A stretch of 61,893 nt of DNA, filler included, from Choristocarpus tenellus KU-1152 (GCA_964200185.2; 7 parts of 7 records of this genome joined end to end with filler, not necessarily neighbours in it); one strand, 5' to 3'; positions 26,000 through 39,487 are shown, counted from the whole stretch's first letter. Notes: generated from the letters alone by a model not told the origin. Made by a program: numbers and translations.

Positions 26000-28900
26000 T
26001 TCGCACTATTGGGAGGTTGGCGGGTCGGTAAGGTGGTATATGATGGCATGAGATGGTACCCCACTTTAATGCACTGATGTACCGCAAATGGTTTATGTTT
26101 AATACATCATACTGTCATCGGATTTCTTTCACAGTCATTATCGTACAGCAGACTTCGCATTTCTATGTAAGAAAACATATCAAGTATCATATTTGAGTGA
26201 AGAAAATAATTAGCCAAGACCACTTTGTCGTATCCGATGGCTGGGTAGAGCATTTTGTTCTCCACTACTTTCTTTTGAACTAACAGTTAGAGATACTTAC
26301 ATGGCATATTGCTTTCCTGGTTTGATGGAAGAAGAAGGAAGTAGAATATATCAGGTACATGGAAGGCATGCATGGTGTGATTTGAGACAGACTGAGGTAC
26401 GGCCTTTACGATGGTTATGATGGGTTGTGGACACAGCTGCATAGTACGATTGTAAACTGTACCACCATAATACTACTTCAGTGTATTTTGGGAAGGGAAG
26501 GCCTCTATTTCTATGTAATCTTGCGGAAATGCTATTTAACGATGGCGATAGGATGATGGGCACTGCTACATTAAATTTAGATTTTGTGGGACAGGGAGAG
26601 AGCCGTGATCCGTAGGCAACCTTTTGCACTAGGCTCTAAAATAGGATGGGACATATCCTGCTAACTGGGCGTGAGAGATGCGGTGGGACCGTTCAGAGAA
26701 ACCAGAATGGTCAGCTTTGTCAGTAGAAACTCTGAGTTCAATATATCTCTATCAAAGAAGACTATAGCATCCGTATCACAACTTGTGGACTTTGAGTGAA
26801 TGCACGCTTACGATGCTAATTGCGACAAGTAATTGATACAATTGCCATACACCTTTTCTGCCAGGCCATAGCCACACAGCCCCATTCTGAGCTGAATCAA
26901 GTGAGGGAGGTGGACACTGAATTCGAGGTGAGGACTATGATGGGGCGGGGACACAGGGCACGACAAGAGGACATGGTTAATTGGGAGTCAAACTGAATGA
27001 AAGGCACATAGGTTTTCACCCTTTTTGCATTGACAGACACCTTTTCCATATCTTGCAAATATCTCATATTTCCATGGATGTTCAAAGATTGAAGTGAGTG
27101 TGTAGAGTTCTCTGACGTACTTTGAAGGATTCCATTTTTCGACAGAATTTAGGAAATTCCCTTTACATACAAATTTGTACAAATAGGCGGATATTGCACA
27201 TTTCTCAGAATCCATTTAATGAAACCCTGCACACCTCTAGTTTGCACTGGCTCCGGCAGAAGCGGAGAGCAGGTTAGTGATGATTCTAGTGCAAAACTGG
27301 TTGTTCCTGAGTATCTATGCACTATACTTAGGTGGAGGATCTTGGAGGAAACATTACAAACAACGATATCCACCTCCCAAGCCATGCAGTTTCTGCAGGA
27401 GGCGTTATACTTCTACATTACAATCAGTCAATGGTGATATCGGGATAAGGTTTAGGTCTTGATGATAATGCTGTGAACAGTGGATGGCAGGTAAGCCATT
27501 AACTAAAGATTCTCCAGCAATAGTTTATTGTCAAGGATCTCTCAGTGAGACACCCAGCAATGACATTTGCTTCAACGCTTTGAGGTGAACCTTACCACAC
27601 CTTTCCTCTTCCCTGGTTAGTAGCTCATAGCGTCTCAAGACGGGATAGAGAATCTTGCTCAGGACATACAAGTCAATGCTAGAGTTAACCAAGGCATTAA
27701 CCACTCCAAGACGAGGTCAGTGTACCAAAGGGATGCATGTCGATGATTGAAAAAACAAGCATTGTGCTGCAATCCCTCCTTCTCCTTGCCTACGCAGAGG
27801 TTCAGCACAACTGCTTCCAGTGATAGTTTCTGCAACGCATCATCCGTGGAACAACAGAGTGTATATATAAGCAATCTTCTCGTATTTCCCCCCCTCTCTC
27901 TAACGATATAATACTTTCTCGAATCCACTTCATTTCCATTGTATTATCAACCTCCCATTAAAAGACCGAGACAGGAGCACAAAGACAAGAGGACCAAGGA
28001 GAATGAATGGCAGATTTCTATATAAGCATGGGATAGGGCGTTCACCACTTCTGGAAGTAGTAGCAGGGTGTTATGATTCCTTAGCCTCCATAGAGTTTGA
28101 TCGAGTCGTTCAGTGTTCTTACTCTCAAGGTACTGTAGAAGTTGCTACATATGTGTGATGTAACCCCTCAAGCATCAAGAGAATGCTACTATACTGTTTT
28201 ATTGTAGGACATACAGTAGCAAATGGACCATGAGAAGACAAGCTATATTGGGTACCTGGAGAGCGGAGCATCAAATACTTGTAGGAAGGGACTGACTGCC
28301 TTAAGTATTCTGAAGTGCCTCAGGGCTACTCGAGGTGTCCATACTAATATTCAAGGTGCTACACACTGCGCCAAATCTGCAGTGTTTGATTTCTTCATAT
28401 TGCCCCGTCCTTTCATCACGCTTCCTATGCACACATGGGATCTGTTGGGGTCGAAATATGTACTTCCTGACATTCCTTACCGCTCTCTGACTAATTTTGT
28501 CCTTCCCTTGTGTCTAGAGATGCCAAACATGAGTGGCCAAAAAAAAAATGTTATTCTACTTCCAAACTCCTCCCCTTAATGAGCCTGCCCCACCCCATCA
28601 TAGAAAGAGCGCAGGGGCTTGGAGTTAACTCTTGCGAATGCTGGGTTGGTGATACGTGAAATGAAGGTGAGGTTGTGTTTCTTATCACCAGGCAGATATT
28701 GTAGTGATATTGTCTATCTACGTACAGCAGTAGCTCATTCAAACTACACCGTACCTCGGTTTCCAAAGTTTGATCTGTTCTGCCATACCAAACTTCGCCA
28801 CCTCCTGCAGATGAGGACCTGGTGGGAGTAGCAAGCATAGCCTGTGCGCCTTTTTGTCCTATGGTCATTGTATACCTAACACAGCCCATAGAGGTTAAAG

Positions 28901-29050
28901 ACGGATTTGTGTTTATGATGAAGCAGCAAGGAGGACAGTATTTAAGATCAGTAAGTGAAAGATGTCCTCCCTTGAACCTGTACTGTCCTGTGTTGCTCGA
29001 TTGTCTTTGTTTGTTGCAACAATCTTCCTTCACATAGGTCCAATACCTCG
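26000..29050 (+). mobile_element. Highly degenerate CRE-like non-LTR relic
   Basis: VGQGESRDP*ATFCT near 26585 (QGDP..LFC-like), HHRKSAGAW near 28600 (GAWL), PPADEDLV near 28800 (RPAD-like), in the expected order. Heavily decayed; boundaries approximate. Confidence 0.35.
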
Positions 29051-29680
29051 ATCCGAGGAGGGAACTTCAGGTCCTTGAGAGGGCTCCAAACAACCCCGAC
29101 TCAATCGACGAGTCGGTCCCAGGGATCAAGAGGGATTTTGAAGAGGGTGCTCAGTTACCACCAGCTGGTGAAACGTCAAACACCCTCACCCAACAAAACA
29201 ACAAGAATCGTCTGCGACGAACGAGGAAGTTTTTGGGCATTGCAAGCCAAAAAGGAATATCGTTATCGACCAGTCCCATTTCGAGTACAAGGCTATACTT
29301 AGCGAGGGGACATTTGGTGAGTAAGAACATTTCATGCTGTACAACGCTTGATAATCTAATCAATGAAGGCAACCCCAGCATTTTGGGGTAGGAGGGGCTG
29401 CTGAGTGCATTGTACGCCGCTAGCTGCATCTTTGTACCTATAGGTGAATGCAATACAGAAGTTTCGAGTGAAAGTTGTGCAATATAGACTGATAGTCTAT
29501 ATGGTTTATACGCATTTAGTGAACACAACTAGACAATAGGAATGTTGGCTAAGTGGAACAAGTNNNNNNNNNNNNNNNNNNNNNNNNNNNNNNNNNNNNN
29601 NNNNNNNTTAATTAATTAANNNNNNNNNNNNNNNNNNNNNNNNNNNNNNNNNNNNNNNNNNNNCAAATAACGACAAAAAC

Positions 29681-29712
<32 letters not shown>

Positions 29713-29720
29713 AAAAAAAC

Positions 29721-29751
<31 letters not shown>

Positions 29752-29764
29752 GATACTTTGACCC

Positions 29765-32700
29765 TGATCTTCTTTTCAATCTTCTACACTATGTGCAAGG
29801 TTTTTGTTACCCCTACAACCTTGCAAGAGCATATTTTACAGAACCATATTCAATATCCTGGCCTGTGCAAAAATGAAAAACACCTCTTTTTGCACCAAGG
29901 AATGCTCCACAAGCACTTCATTCTGAAATCATCACCACTCTCCGCCACAATAGGTTTAGGAATGGTTGTTTTGCGTGCAGGAGTGCAGCACATATGGTTA
30001 TGGTGAGAAAAGACAATATCTCCACCAGTCAGTCAATCACAATATTTTACCATCATTCATATATGGTACATACACATCTCTGCCTTCCCAGGCGACAAAA
30101 CAATACCGCCATACGCCACCTAGAATATTTTATGAAAAGAATAACAAAGTTCTGTATTTGTGCCTTTCAATATAGAGTGATGCAGGAGGGTGTGGAATAG
30201 TGTTGCACCGTCCTTTATTGCTTTGGGTTGTGTTGCAAGTGACTACAACTTCCAACATAGTACTTCATCACGAGCTACTTCTGCTACGGAGTGAATCTAT
30301 ATTCAAGAGGAAATGAGACTAGGAACCATTGGCATTGCAGCATGATGAATCCTTCTACAGAATGGACCCCTCCCTGTCTGATATTTTAGACAACACCAAA
30401 ATAATACAGGTATCTCGTGTGCTAGGCTCAAGAGCCGAGATTGCATGTGGGACGCCTGTCGACATCTGGGCTCTGGGAGTTACCCTGAGCACACTGGCCA
30501 CACCGGTGGGTGGGCAATCCCTGCCCATATTCCCTCAATACGGTAGGCAGCCCGATGAGGCAGATGACACAGGTGTGGCAGTTCCTTCCGTCAGTGGGTG
30601 TACAGGCGAGGGTGCCACACCAGTAAGCCAGGGGGCAGGGGATAGTTTTGGCTCATCTTCTGACTGCGGGGAGCAGTCAAATGAGCCATACGACACTGGA
30701 GATGTGCCTTGTTCATCCAATGGGGAGAGCACAAGCAAGTTTGCTGAGGTAAGGGTTGCCTTGAAGTGTCATGGTGGATGCAGTTTCCTTTCTGTGACTA
30801 ATGAGGCAATTGCCTTGCTGTTTATCAATGCATAGCATGTCTTTGGGTGCAAGGGTGTCACACACCCAAAAACTCTTCGTGACAATGCAATAGTGCAAAT
30901 CATTGCTCTTTTGAAAATTGCTGTTTCCCATTGCCCTTCTCAATGAATGATATACATTGCCCACCCCCCTGCCATGTTCCATATAGTATGTAGAAGATTC
31001 TCTGGCCTGAACACAGATGGCTGTATCGCTTTGTACCATCTCAAAATACTCCTCTGAAACACATTTTGTACTTTGAAGTAGCACGTATTAGCATGCCAAA
31101 ATGACTTTCTCATCTGTGTAGCGTGTGGTTTGTGTCAGGACTGACACTGCGATGCGGTGGAGTCCCTGTAACATACTCGCAGAGGTAGTAAGAGTTTGTT
31201 TGGTAATTTCCCTGAATCCTATCCAATTCTTGAATCACCTGAATACTGCTACACCAAGTAAGGCATGGAGATCCCCAGACCAGCTAACTGTATGTCCCAG
31301 TAGACTTCCAAGCCAACAGTCCATCACCTTGTCAATGTAGAATGCTCTTATGCAATGATACCCCAATCAAGATGTGTTGGTGATTGAGACTGACACACTC
31401 GCTGCTCCATCCTTTTGCAGAGAGAGCTACTGCACCTCTTCCATGTTCAGGCGGGGCTCTATGTCCTTCCGGACAGTATGTCATATGATCTGGCTTTGTT
31501 GATCCACAAGGTGATGATGTTGATCGTATGAATGTCAAGAACTCTATGCAATGGACAAGTCAAACCGAGCCATATGAGTTGTTTAAGGGGCAGGGGTTCC
31601 TGGTAAGCAATTGGCTTCGGTTTCATGACATGTAGATGCTGATGGAGAGAGTCAACCATTCCTTGCATTGCATGTATGTGCCCATGCGTATGCCTCCAGT
31701 TGTTTCATCCCAGGGTGGATACAGTACTGTGAAGTATCTCTTCCTCGGAGTATGTAGTTCTTTCGTCTACATCCATTGATGAATGACGCCTTCCTGTGGG
31801 CTACAAGCATCACTTGCCCTTTACCACATTTCACCTGTATCTCAATGACTTCCTCACTAGTGTCTGACCTTTCCATTCACTCCCACCAGTAGTAAAATTT
31901 CCTCTCTTTTTCATCCTTCTACACCTTGCCGATAAATTATTTTTGCAGACACTTGTGGCCAGTCCAGAAGACCGCATCACTGCTGAAGAGATGCTTTTCC
32001 TGCCCTTCTTGCAGCCCTAGATGACTGGCATTTCCCAGTTATTCACCTGCACGTTGCAGTGGGTGCACAGGGAGGAAATAGGGTAAGGGGGTGGGGTGGG
32101 AGTTCCAAGGCTGTTGTGAGGCCTGCTGAACAGTGCCACCGAATGTTGTTTGGATTGGTGATGTAGACCTCCATTCGAAGTTCTCAGCACATATTTTTTA
32201 GTAGTAATAGGTAAAATATGATAGACAACGAGCGAGAGCATCCCATAGCGATGTTTCACACTCACGTGAAGTGCATGGTTGTATACTACAAAAGTGAGAA
32301 AGTATTCAAGTAGATATTTTGGTGAATCTATGGTTTGTATGTGGGATAGGAAAATGGGTTGGGCATAATGTCTAATTGATACCCTCTAATGACCTCCCTT
32401 TATTAGTGTCTAGGACGGTCCTTCTAGAAAAGGTTACGCATTTCAAGTAGGTAGTCGTTGGTCTAAGGCACATCTTTTGTTTGGAAGATGGATCTAATTT
32501 GATCATACTACAAAGAACATAGTCATGACCACATTTTCTTCGCATCAACCTCGCTCCCATAAGGGCTCCTATTGTGAACAAGCCCACAGCAAGATGCCTT
32601 TTCTCACTCCCTGGGTAGCCAAGCCACTAAAGAATGGTGGAGGAGTTGTGCTGAGTAGACTCCAAGGGAGGAAGATGGTTGTTCATGGAAGTAAGCACTG
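29765..32700 (-). mobile_element. Degenerate CRE-like (RLE-type) non-LTR retrotransposon, RT through zinc knuckle/endonuclease
   Basis: Collinear broken motifs on -: KLDPSSKQKMCLRP..RR (RT 1-2), LRTSNGGLHHQ..SVALFS (GVQQGDP..LF), FKNWIGFR..TSAS (GGLGLR..AS), APWLTGVAPS (GAWLxAxP), CLIGLP..HRCGQC..GVPHAIS (RLGLP..CxxC..GxHAxxC), LEVVVT (DVTV). Boundaries approximate. Confidence 0.55.
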
Positions 32701-33409
32701 GGTCAGCGTCCCACTCACACTTCTAAACTCCTTGATCTTGCGCTTCAAAAGTTTCGTTCAACCCGAACATTGACATTTTTCTGCCACTGTAGGGTAGGAG
32801 GCTCCTTGACAAGTTCTACTACATTTGCTGGGCACTGACATTTCCTCTCCTCCGTGGTCGATCAAGATTTTCACATGTACATATTTGTAGCCCTACCTAG
32901 CCATATGACACAGTCCATGATCCTAAAGCCTCTAACTATTGCTTACTGTTGTTTTCCTCCTGCTACATGCTGTCTTTCCATGGAGGAAATACACGATATA
33001 CTGAGACCTCATCTGTAGATTCAGTGAGAACGACTTCCTCAGTTCCATAGTCATCACTCACCAGGGCTGAAGAGGCAGGACAATGCACTTTAGTTTCGCT
33101 TGGTGATGGTTCAATTTTGGGATTTATCAACCAGCTGACGGGATGGAGAGTATAAAGTAAATGATTCTTCTGCTCAATATAATCTTGCCAAGCATAGATT
33201 CAAGTGGAGCTACTCAACAGAAGGACTATTCCCCAAGTGTCAGCTCTCCTCATCTCCCAAACCAAAACCAAGCACACCTGATCTCTCTGGAGTACTACAG
33301 TGTGTTAAATGAATACATGAGAGAATGGATGGATAGAACTGACACAATTTTCACAACAGCAGTGATTTATACTGTTTCTATTGTCAAAAAGACTTTGTTT
33401 CAATTTTTA

Positions 33410-34830
33410 CCTAAGGAATGTTGAGTGTTTGGCACCCTTGCACCCAGAGACATGCTATGCATTGAAAAACAGTAAAGGTGATGGTCTCATTGGTGACAGA
33501 GAGGAAAGGTGTATCCACCATGACACTTCAAGGCAACCCTTACCTCAGCAACCTCGCGTGCGCTCTTCCCATTGGATGAACAAGGCACATCTCCAGTGTC
33601 GTATGGCTCATTTGACTGCTCCCTGCAGTCAGAAGATGAGCCAAAACTATCCCCTGCCCCCTGACTTACTGGTGTGGCACCCTCGCCTGTACACCCACTG
33701 ATGGAAGGAACTGCCACACCTGTGTCATCTGCCTCATCGGACTGCCTACCGTATTGAGGGAGTATGGGCAGGGATTGCCCACCCACCGGTGTGGCCAGTG
33801 TGCTCAGGGTAACTCCCAGAGCCCAGATGTCGACAAGTGTCCCACATGCAATCTCAGCTCTTGAGCCAAGCGCACGAGCACACGAGATACCTGTATTATT
33901 TTGGTGTTGTCGAAGAGATATTCGACAGACAGACAGACAGGGAGGGGCACCTTCTGCAAAAGGATTCATTATGCTGCAATGCCAATTGCTTCCTAGTCTC
34001 ATTTCCTCTTCAATATAGATCCCTCTCGGAAGTAGCTCGCGATGAAGTACTATGTTGGAAGTTGTAGTCACTTGCAACACAACCCAAAATAGGCAAAGAA
34101 GAGGTGCAACACTATTCCACACCCTCCTGTACATAGCACATAGTGCATAGTGAGTGAAAGTATCTTAGAGGGCACGAGTTTTGCCCTGTTTGTCTATTGG
34201 AGCTTGGCTCCCCATGGGTTTTTAAATGAAATTCTCCTACTCCAAAATTTTGGAGTAGGTAAAATGTATACACCATGAAAAGGTGTGTCCAGAACAAGGA
34301 TACTGAGACTTCCCAACAAACACAATAGCCAAAAATCACATCAAAATCGCAACATTGGATTTTGGCCCCCAAATGGATGCGGATCTCACCTCTAAGATAC
34401 TTTGGCTCTAGTGAAAGCCACATTATAGAACTTTGTTCGTGTTTTGAAAAATGTAGGAAGCGTAAGGTGGTATGGTTTTGTTGTTTGAGAAGACAGAGAT
34501 GTGTATGTACCATCAACCAATGATAGTGCGACATTGTGACTGACTGATGGAGAGAAGGTGCTTTGTCACCATTGCCTTACGTGCTGCACTCCTCCGTGCT
34601 AAGTACTAAACATAAACCTATTGTGATGGAGAATAGTGATGAATTTCAGAATGAAGTGCTTTTGGGGCAGTCCTTGGTGTAAAAAGAGGTGTTCATGACT
34701 TTTACACAGGCCAGGTTATTTGAATGCAATTATGTCAAATGCTCTTAAAAGGTTGGAGGTGTAACAAATAAATCATGTGTCAAGTAAGTGTCAAGTAATG
34801 CACCGAAAAAGAAGATCAGGCCACATGCCA
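33410..34830 (+). mobile_element. Paralogous 3' fragment of the same CRE-like element, inverted relative to 29765-30900
   Basis: Clear reverse-complement nucleotide homology to about 29765-30870 over more than 1 kb, interrupted by MITE B at 34152-34408. Confidence 0.7.
34152..34408. mobile_element. MITE family B copy inserted in a retroelement relic
   Basis: Same TIRs; TAGT duplicated on both sides; the paralogous sequence near 30165-30175 lacks the insert (empty site). Confidence 0.88.
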
Positions 34831-34839
34831 GGAAGAGTT

Positions 34840-36130
34840 AGGAGAGCATGAGATGTGGGGCGAGATCAACCATGACTCCCTGGTCATTTCCTCCCAACAA
34901 TATAAAGTATGACCTCAGACAAATGGCATACAAATGCCAAATCACGTTTACTTGCTCAGGACCAGCATGCTTGTTTGGCCGTCCAGGGCTGTCACCAAGA
35001 TTTGAAGCTGGTAGAAGAAAAGACACAATAATGTGGGGTTCCCAATCACCACAGGGATACTTACTTCATACCATGTTACGACTATCTCCTGTCGAATCTC
35101 ACCATGTTGTGCATGAGTTCAGGTGCATGGTGCTCCTCGCTTCTGCGATCTGGCTCCCTGAAGCCAACCTTAGGGTCTATGACCATGGACTGTCCAAAAG
35201 TCAGAGAGTTTTGCGACCTAGCACCACCACAGTGCGAAAAGGAGGACAAGTTGGAAATGGAATGGTCAGTTCATGAAGGAGCATCCAGGAACCTATTAGG
35301 GTAAAAAGGTTGGTGCCTCTCTACAGTACCATGACATGAGGGGATCTTCACTGCTCTAGTCGCCCTGGCTTATGAAAATCCATACCAAAAATATCACAAT
35401 ATCCTTACCCCCTTGGAACTGATGAGAATATTGTTTCCTTTGACATCGGCATGGACAACATTCCATCCATGCAGGTAGGCCAGAGCACTGAGAGCATCCT
35501 TAGCAGCAATAGCAGAGGACACAAATCGTTGATGTGATGAGTTATTGTTTCAAAGTACAACAATTGCAAGCACCCTTCAAAGAGTAGGGGTGTGGAGTTT
35601 GTCAGTCCAAAGTATGAAGCAAAACCTTGAAAGCAAAAAATCAATATCCAATTAGTAGTGAGTAGCCTGGTTTGTTGTTTCCACATTTTGTGCCTCAAAA
35701 CATTCAAGCGCCATCTTTCATGTGTCTTGGAGATTAGTGGTTTGTCAGGAGTAGTAGCACATGTATGTATCAGTCCCATACGCTACATTCTCCTCCATAT
35801 TATCCCTACATCGAAGTGGAATAGTTGTACAGTACCACAAGAACATACCTGGTCACTCCCCTTGCAATTTTGGTAATAGCACCTTCTAGCACATGGCCTC
35901 CATTGCTGACAAGATGGGGGTTGATAGTTAGGGTGGTTGTTACAGTAGTGCGGTAGAATAGGTTGGATGAGATTGTCAAGTGTTTGATCCTTTGAAGGTT
36001 AGCAAAAAAACAATTTAGAAGTGTTTGAGACATGTCTGGTAAATCAATCACCCTGCGCTCCTCCCAGACTGGCTCGCATGGAGGGATTACCAGTCAGGTT
36101 CTTCCCTACTATATTTAGGACCATTGGTCA
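34840..36130 (-). mobile_element. Degenerate CRE-like non-LTR reverse transcriptase fragment
   Basis: Broken motifs FHFDVGI/YGGEC (QFGVG..GGxE), LKGACN..ITHHINDLCP (DxxNAFN..P), ETIFSS..QGD*..EDPL (TIxS..QGDPL). Boundaries approximate. Confidence 0.4.
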
Positions 36131-36455
36131 TTCTACTTGCAGGCATTGCCTTGAGATATACACAAGTCACAGGCCTGGTGGAACAACTTGTAGATAAAAG
36201 TGGCACACACTGAGTCAATCACATGGTATACTACAGTTTGACATTTGTGTGAAGATGCATATGGTGTATTCATCCTTTCAAAAGACATTAATATCTGTCT
36301 GCATTTGAGAATGCTATGCACTTGTCTCAAGCACGTGTGGTGCTGAGAGAAAGAACTTGGTGGTGTGGTACAGGTACAGGTAGTGATGCAGGAATGAAGA
36401 GGACACAAAATGGATATACTACTGGGTGGGGTGGGGTAGGCATTGAATCAACCAA

Positions 36456-36784
36456 GAGTGAAGTGTCTTAGAGGGTACGAGTTTTGCCCTGTTTGTCCGT
36501 TTGGGGTTTGGCTTCCCGTAGTTTTTTTATTACATTTTCCTAATCCGAAACATTTCCGAATAGATAAAATGTGTACATTATGAAAAGGTGTGTCCAGAAC
36601 AGAGATGGCTCGAAGTGTCTGTGGGGGGGTGGTGGCTGTCCAATTAGGGTCATTTTTTTATGTCGTGATTTTTGTGTGATTTGGTTGCATACGTCGGATG
36701 GATAATGTAAGTGCACTTTTCCTGGTTATGACCCAAATGGATACCGTGGTGCAGATCAGCCCCCCCCGAACATATAACTTGGGT
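36456..36784. mobile_element. Truncated MITE B (36456-36606) directly followed by MITE A (36607-36784)
   Basis: The first about 150 bp align with 1739-1890; the sequence then switches to GGCTCGAAGTGTCTGTGGGGGG and the family A body up to the spacer. Confidence 0.75.
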
Positions 36785-37545
36785 NNNNNNNNNNNNNNNN
36801 NNNNNNNNNNNNNNNNNNNNNNNNNNNNTTAATTAATTAANNNNNNNNNNNNNNNNNNNNNNNNNNNNNNNNNNNNNNNNNNNNTTTTTCCCAGTCAATT
36901 TTGGGTCAAACCCATCCTCCATAGTACGCTCCATCCTCAATTTTTGAAATCCACTGTTATTAGTGCTAGTAGTACTGTAGTGACAAGTATAGGACTTGTC
37001 ACTTGCTATGTGCTTGTGGGTACGATACAGAGTAGGTTCGTTAATACTTAGAAATGGTGGCTTGAGTATTTCACGAAGAGGAAGCAAAGATTGGCATCGA
37101 GGGATACTCTAAGAAGTAACAAATACAGGCTGGCTTTGGTCACCGGTTTGCTACACAACGTGTTGTTATTCCTTAGTGGCACCATTTTCAGCATTGCTTA
37201 CACCCTCAATGATGATCAGCCTCCGTATAGTGACATCCCACACCCCACACCCCTTCTTTGTCAGAGAAAATGAGGGGTTAATGGGGGGTCAGCGATCAGC
37301 AGTCCGCTCAAACAAAATTGTCTTCTGTTGTTCCTTATTCGTGGTGTGTGGATGTTGATAGTAATATTTCACTTGAACATAGCAATACCACTCTGAGTAC
37401 GAACTATACCGCTTTGTGTATAACAAGCAGTAGTGTTAGTAGTTTTTGTTTCTTGTGTATGATCTATCTGTATGCCATTGGAAGAAGTACAACAACAGAA
37501 TCTTCCTCAAGCCAAGCCAGTCAAAAATAGGCAGGAGATCCTAAT

Positions 37546-37729
37546 TCATTAGGATCTGTGAGGGGGAGGGGGGGGGGGTCTAAAGCAGGGTGTCCATTTG
37601 GGCCATAACCAGGAAAGGTGCACTTGCATTATCCATCCGCCGTATGCAACCAAATCACACAAAATCGCGACATGAAAAAATTGGCCCCAAATGGACAACC
37701 GCCACCCCCCCCCCCAGATACTTTGAGTC
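37546..37729. mobile_element. MITE family A copy
   Basis: Body is the reverse complement of 55764-55941; right end CCCCAGATACTTTGAGTC, left end degenerate (start approximate). Confidence 0.8.
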
Positions 37730-38352
37730 TGGCAGTGTCCTTCCCCTGTAAAAGTCCCCCATTCCTTACCCCCTGATAAAATCAATGTGCTACTATTGTT
37801 GTGATTGTATTTCTGTATTTGAAAGTTCGAGGTTTGATATTAAAACCATTTTTTGTCACTTTGGCGGAAGAAGTTCGAACTCCATCCACTTTTAATCGTT
37901 CTTTGGATAGTACCTTCTACTTTTTCTAAGAAAAAGGTCGTATATGGAGGAAGTGTCCTCGTTTCTAGTTTTTCTAGGGGAGCTGTGCAGTTGATCAGTT
38001 GGGTTGACTGGTTCAAATTGCGAATTAGGATTGCTGTGTATTGTCGCTTAATCAGCTGTAAATCACTCTATTTGCAAGGTTATCCAGTTTGGATAAACAG
38101 GAAAAACAGGAAAACAGGATATGATGACAACAATGAACATACACCAATGTTACTGTTTTGCGGACTATACCATATCTCATCTACTATAACTTTTTTGTTG
38201 TATGTGGGCTGATTTTATACATATCATCACCGTCATAAACACAATACAATACTTTCTGTATAGTACAAACGCATAAATATGTTAATGCCCTCTGTGTTAT
38301 TATGAGAGCAACTGGTTGCTTCTCATGGTCCCATTTACTCAGGTGATAACTA

Positions 38353-39300
38353 CTTCCTCTGTTCGGAATTAAATGCCACATACATTTTGCAGCCCAGATG
38401 AAGAAGCAACATATTTATTCACATGTTCATATTTTATGGGTGTATTGTGCAGACACTAGAAGGTTGTCCACCAAAATTTCAAGCAAAATGGGGCAGCCTA
38501 CACCTATATATTATTTCGCCCCCGATGCCGTCCAAACCTCCATTCCAGCACAGTATTCTGCCACATCCTCCAGGGCATTCGGAGGGAGCTTACCCTCCTT
38601 CTCAGCCGTTTCCTTGCTAAGATGGGAATTTTCAAGACTTTATCCCCCTTGGACCCCAGCATTTCAATATAGACTGCGAAGAGGCTCTGCTAGACACTCT
38701 AGTGTCTCCCGATGGTACATGTCAAACACCTCCATTGTGGCCTCCACCAGCTCCTGTGTGTTGGTCACCTCCATGCCTTCTTTCAGTTGCTGGAAGGGAT
38801 GAAAGATCCCAGGTCGTTCACATGGAGGTCATTAGAGCTTGCTGCCTGGATCTCTATGACAATGTTGTCCCTCGCTGCCTCCTCGATAGCCTCAATGATC
38901 CCCCCCTTGGTGTGTCCTTCCGGGCTAGGCATACGGGCCTTAATTGCTGTGATGACATCCCCAATCTTACACCTCTCCCCATCCACCATGGCTGGCACAA
39001 ACACCTTGGTGCCCTTGGGACAGTGTTTGCTGGAGTGCTGAGCAACCTTAGTGTCCACAATTGACCAGATCCCGATTTTCTCATCGAACCACACCCCGTT
39101 GGAGAGTTTCCTAGGGCAGGTACAGCTGCATGGAGCGTCACCTTCATAATGTAATGCTGTGCCGCTTATTCTGTGCCCGTAGGGGTTTGGGGGGGTCCTC
39201 AGTGAGGTGCAGGTACACACCTTGCCCATCTTTGAGGATTTAACGCCACGTCTCGTCCACATGCCCCCAATCATATAGATCGTCCACTAATACTTTACTT
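38353..39300 (-). mobile_element. Degenerate plant-type mariner (DD39D-like) transposon, 3' part
   Basis: Frameshifted translation ..WFDEKIGIWSIVDTKVAQHSSKHCPKGTKVFVP..VITAIKARMP..IQAASSNDLHVNDLGSF resembles the FDGKIGIW..RSSKNRPxGT..QPxNSPDLNVLDLGFF motifs of plant/oomycete mariners. End TA|CTTCCTCTGTTC resembles the Stowaway TIR CTCCCTCCGT with a TA target. Confidence 0.75.
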
Positions 39301-39439
39301 CCCCCGTATTGATGTATGGTTTCGTCGTGTGTACTACTACACACACGCAAAATACTATTGGTGGTCTTCAATTCTTCTATGCAGCATCTCTGCAGTTTCC
39401 CTGCAAGGTGGGTTTGATTCAATTGATGAGCTCGAACTC

Positions 39440-39487
39440 AGGGCTACGGCTAGAGATAGAGTTAGGGTTTGGGCTAGGGTTAGCCCT
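39440..39487 (+). repeat. Degenerate interstitial (TTAGGG)-like hexamer run
   Basis: AGGGCTACGGCTAGAGATAGAGTTAGGGTTTGGGCTAGGGTTAG; 6-bp periodicity. Confidence 0.6.

Noticed and set aside
28815-28835. GPGGSSK as a Walker A motif (Helitron/viral helicase)
   Set aside because: Not GKT/S, no Walker B or long ORF; an overlapping frame fits the RLE region of a retroelement relic better.
29664-29750. Poly-A and poly-C runs as a retro-tail or G-quadruplex element
   Set aside because: Low-quality contig start; the poly-C belongs to a MITE A terminus.
30329-34134. Kinase-like motifs (LHRELLP, VDIWALGVTL) in ORFs 30329-30835 (+) and 33487-34134 (-)
   Set aside because: No DFG, APE or Gly-loop. The opposite strand carries collinear non-LTR retrotransposon motifs that continue for about 3 kb, so these are most likely shadow ORFs. 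A Pkinase HMM search would settle it.
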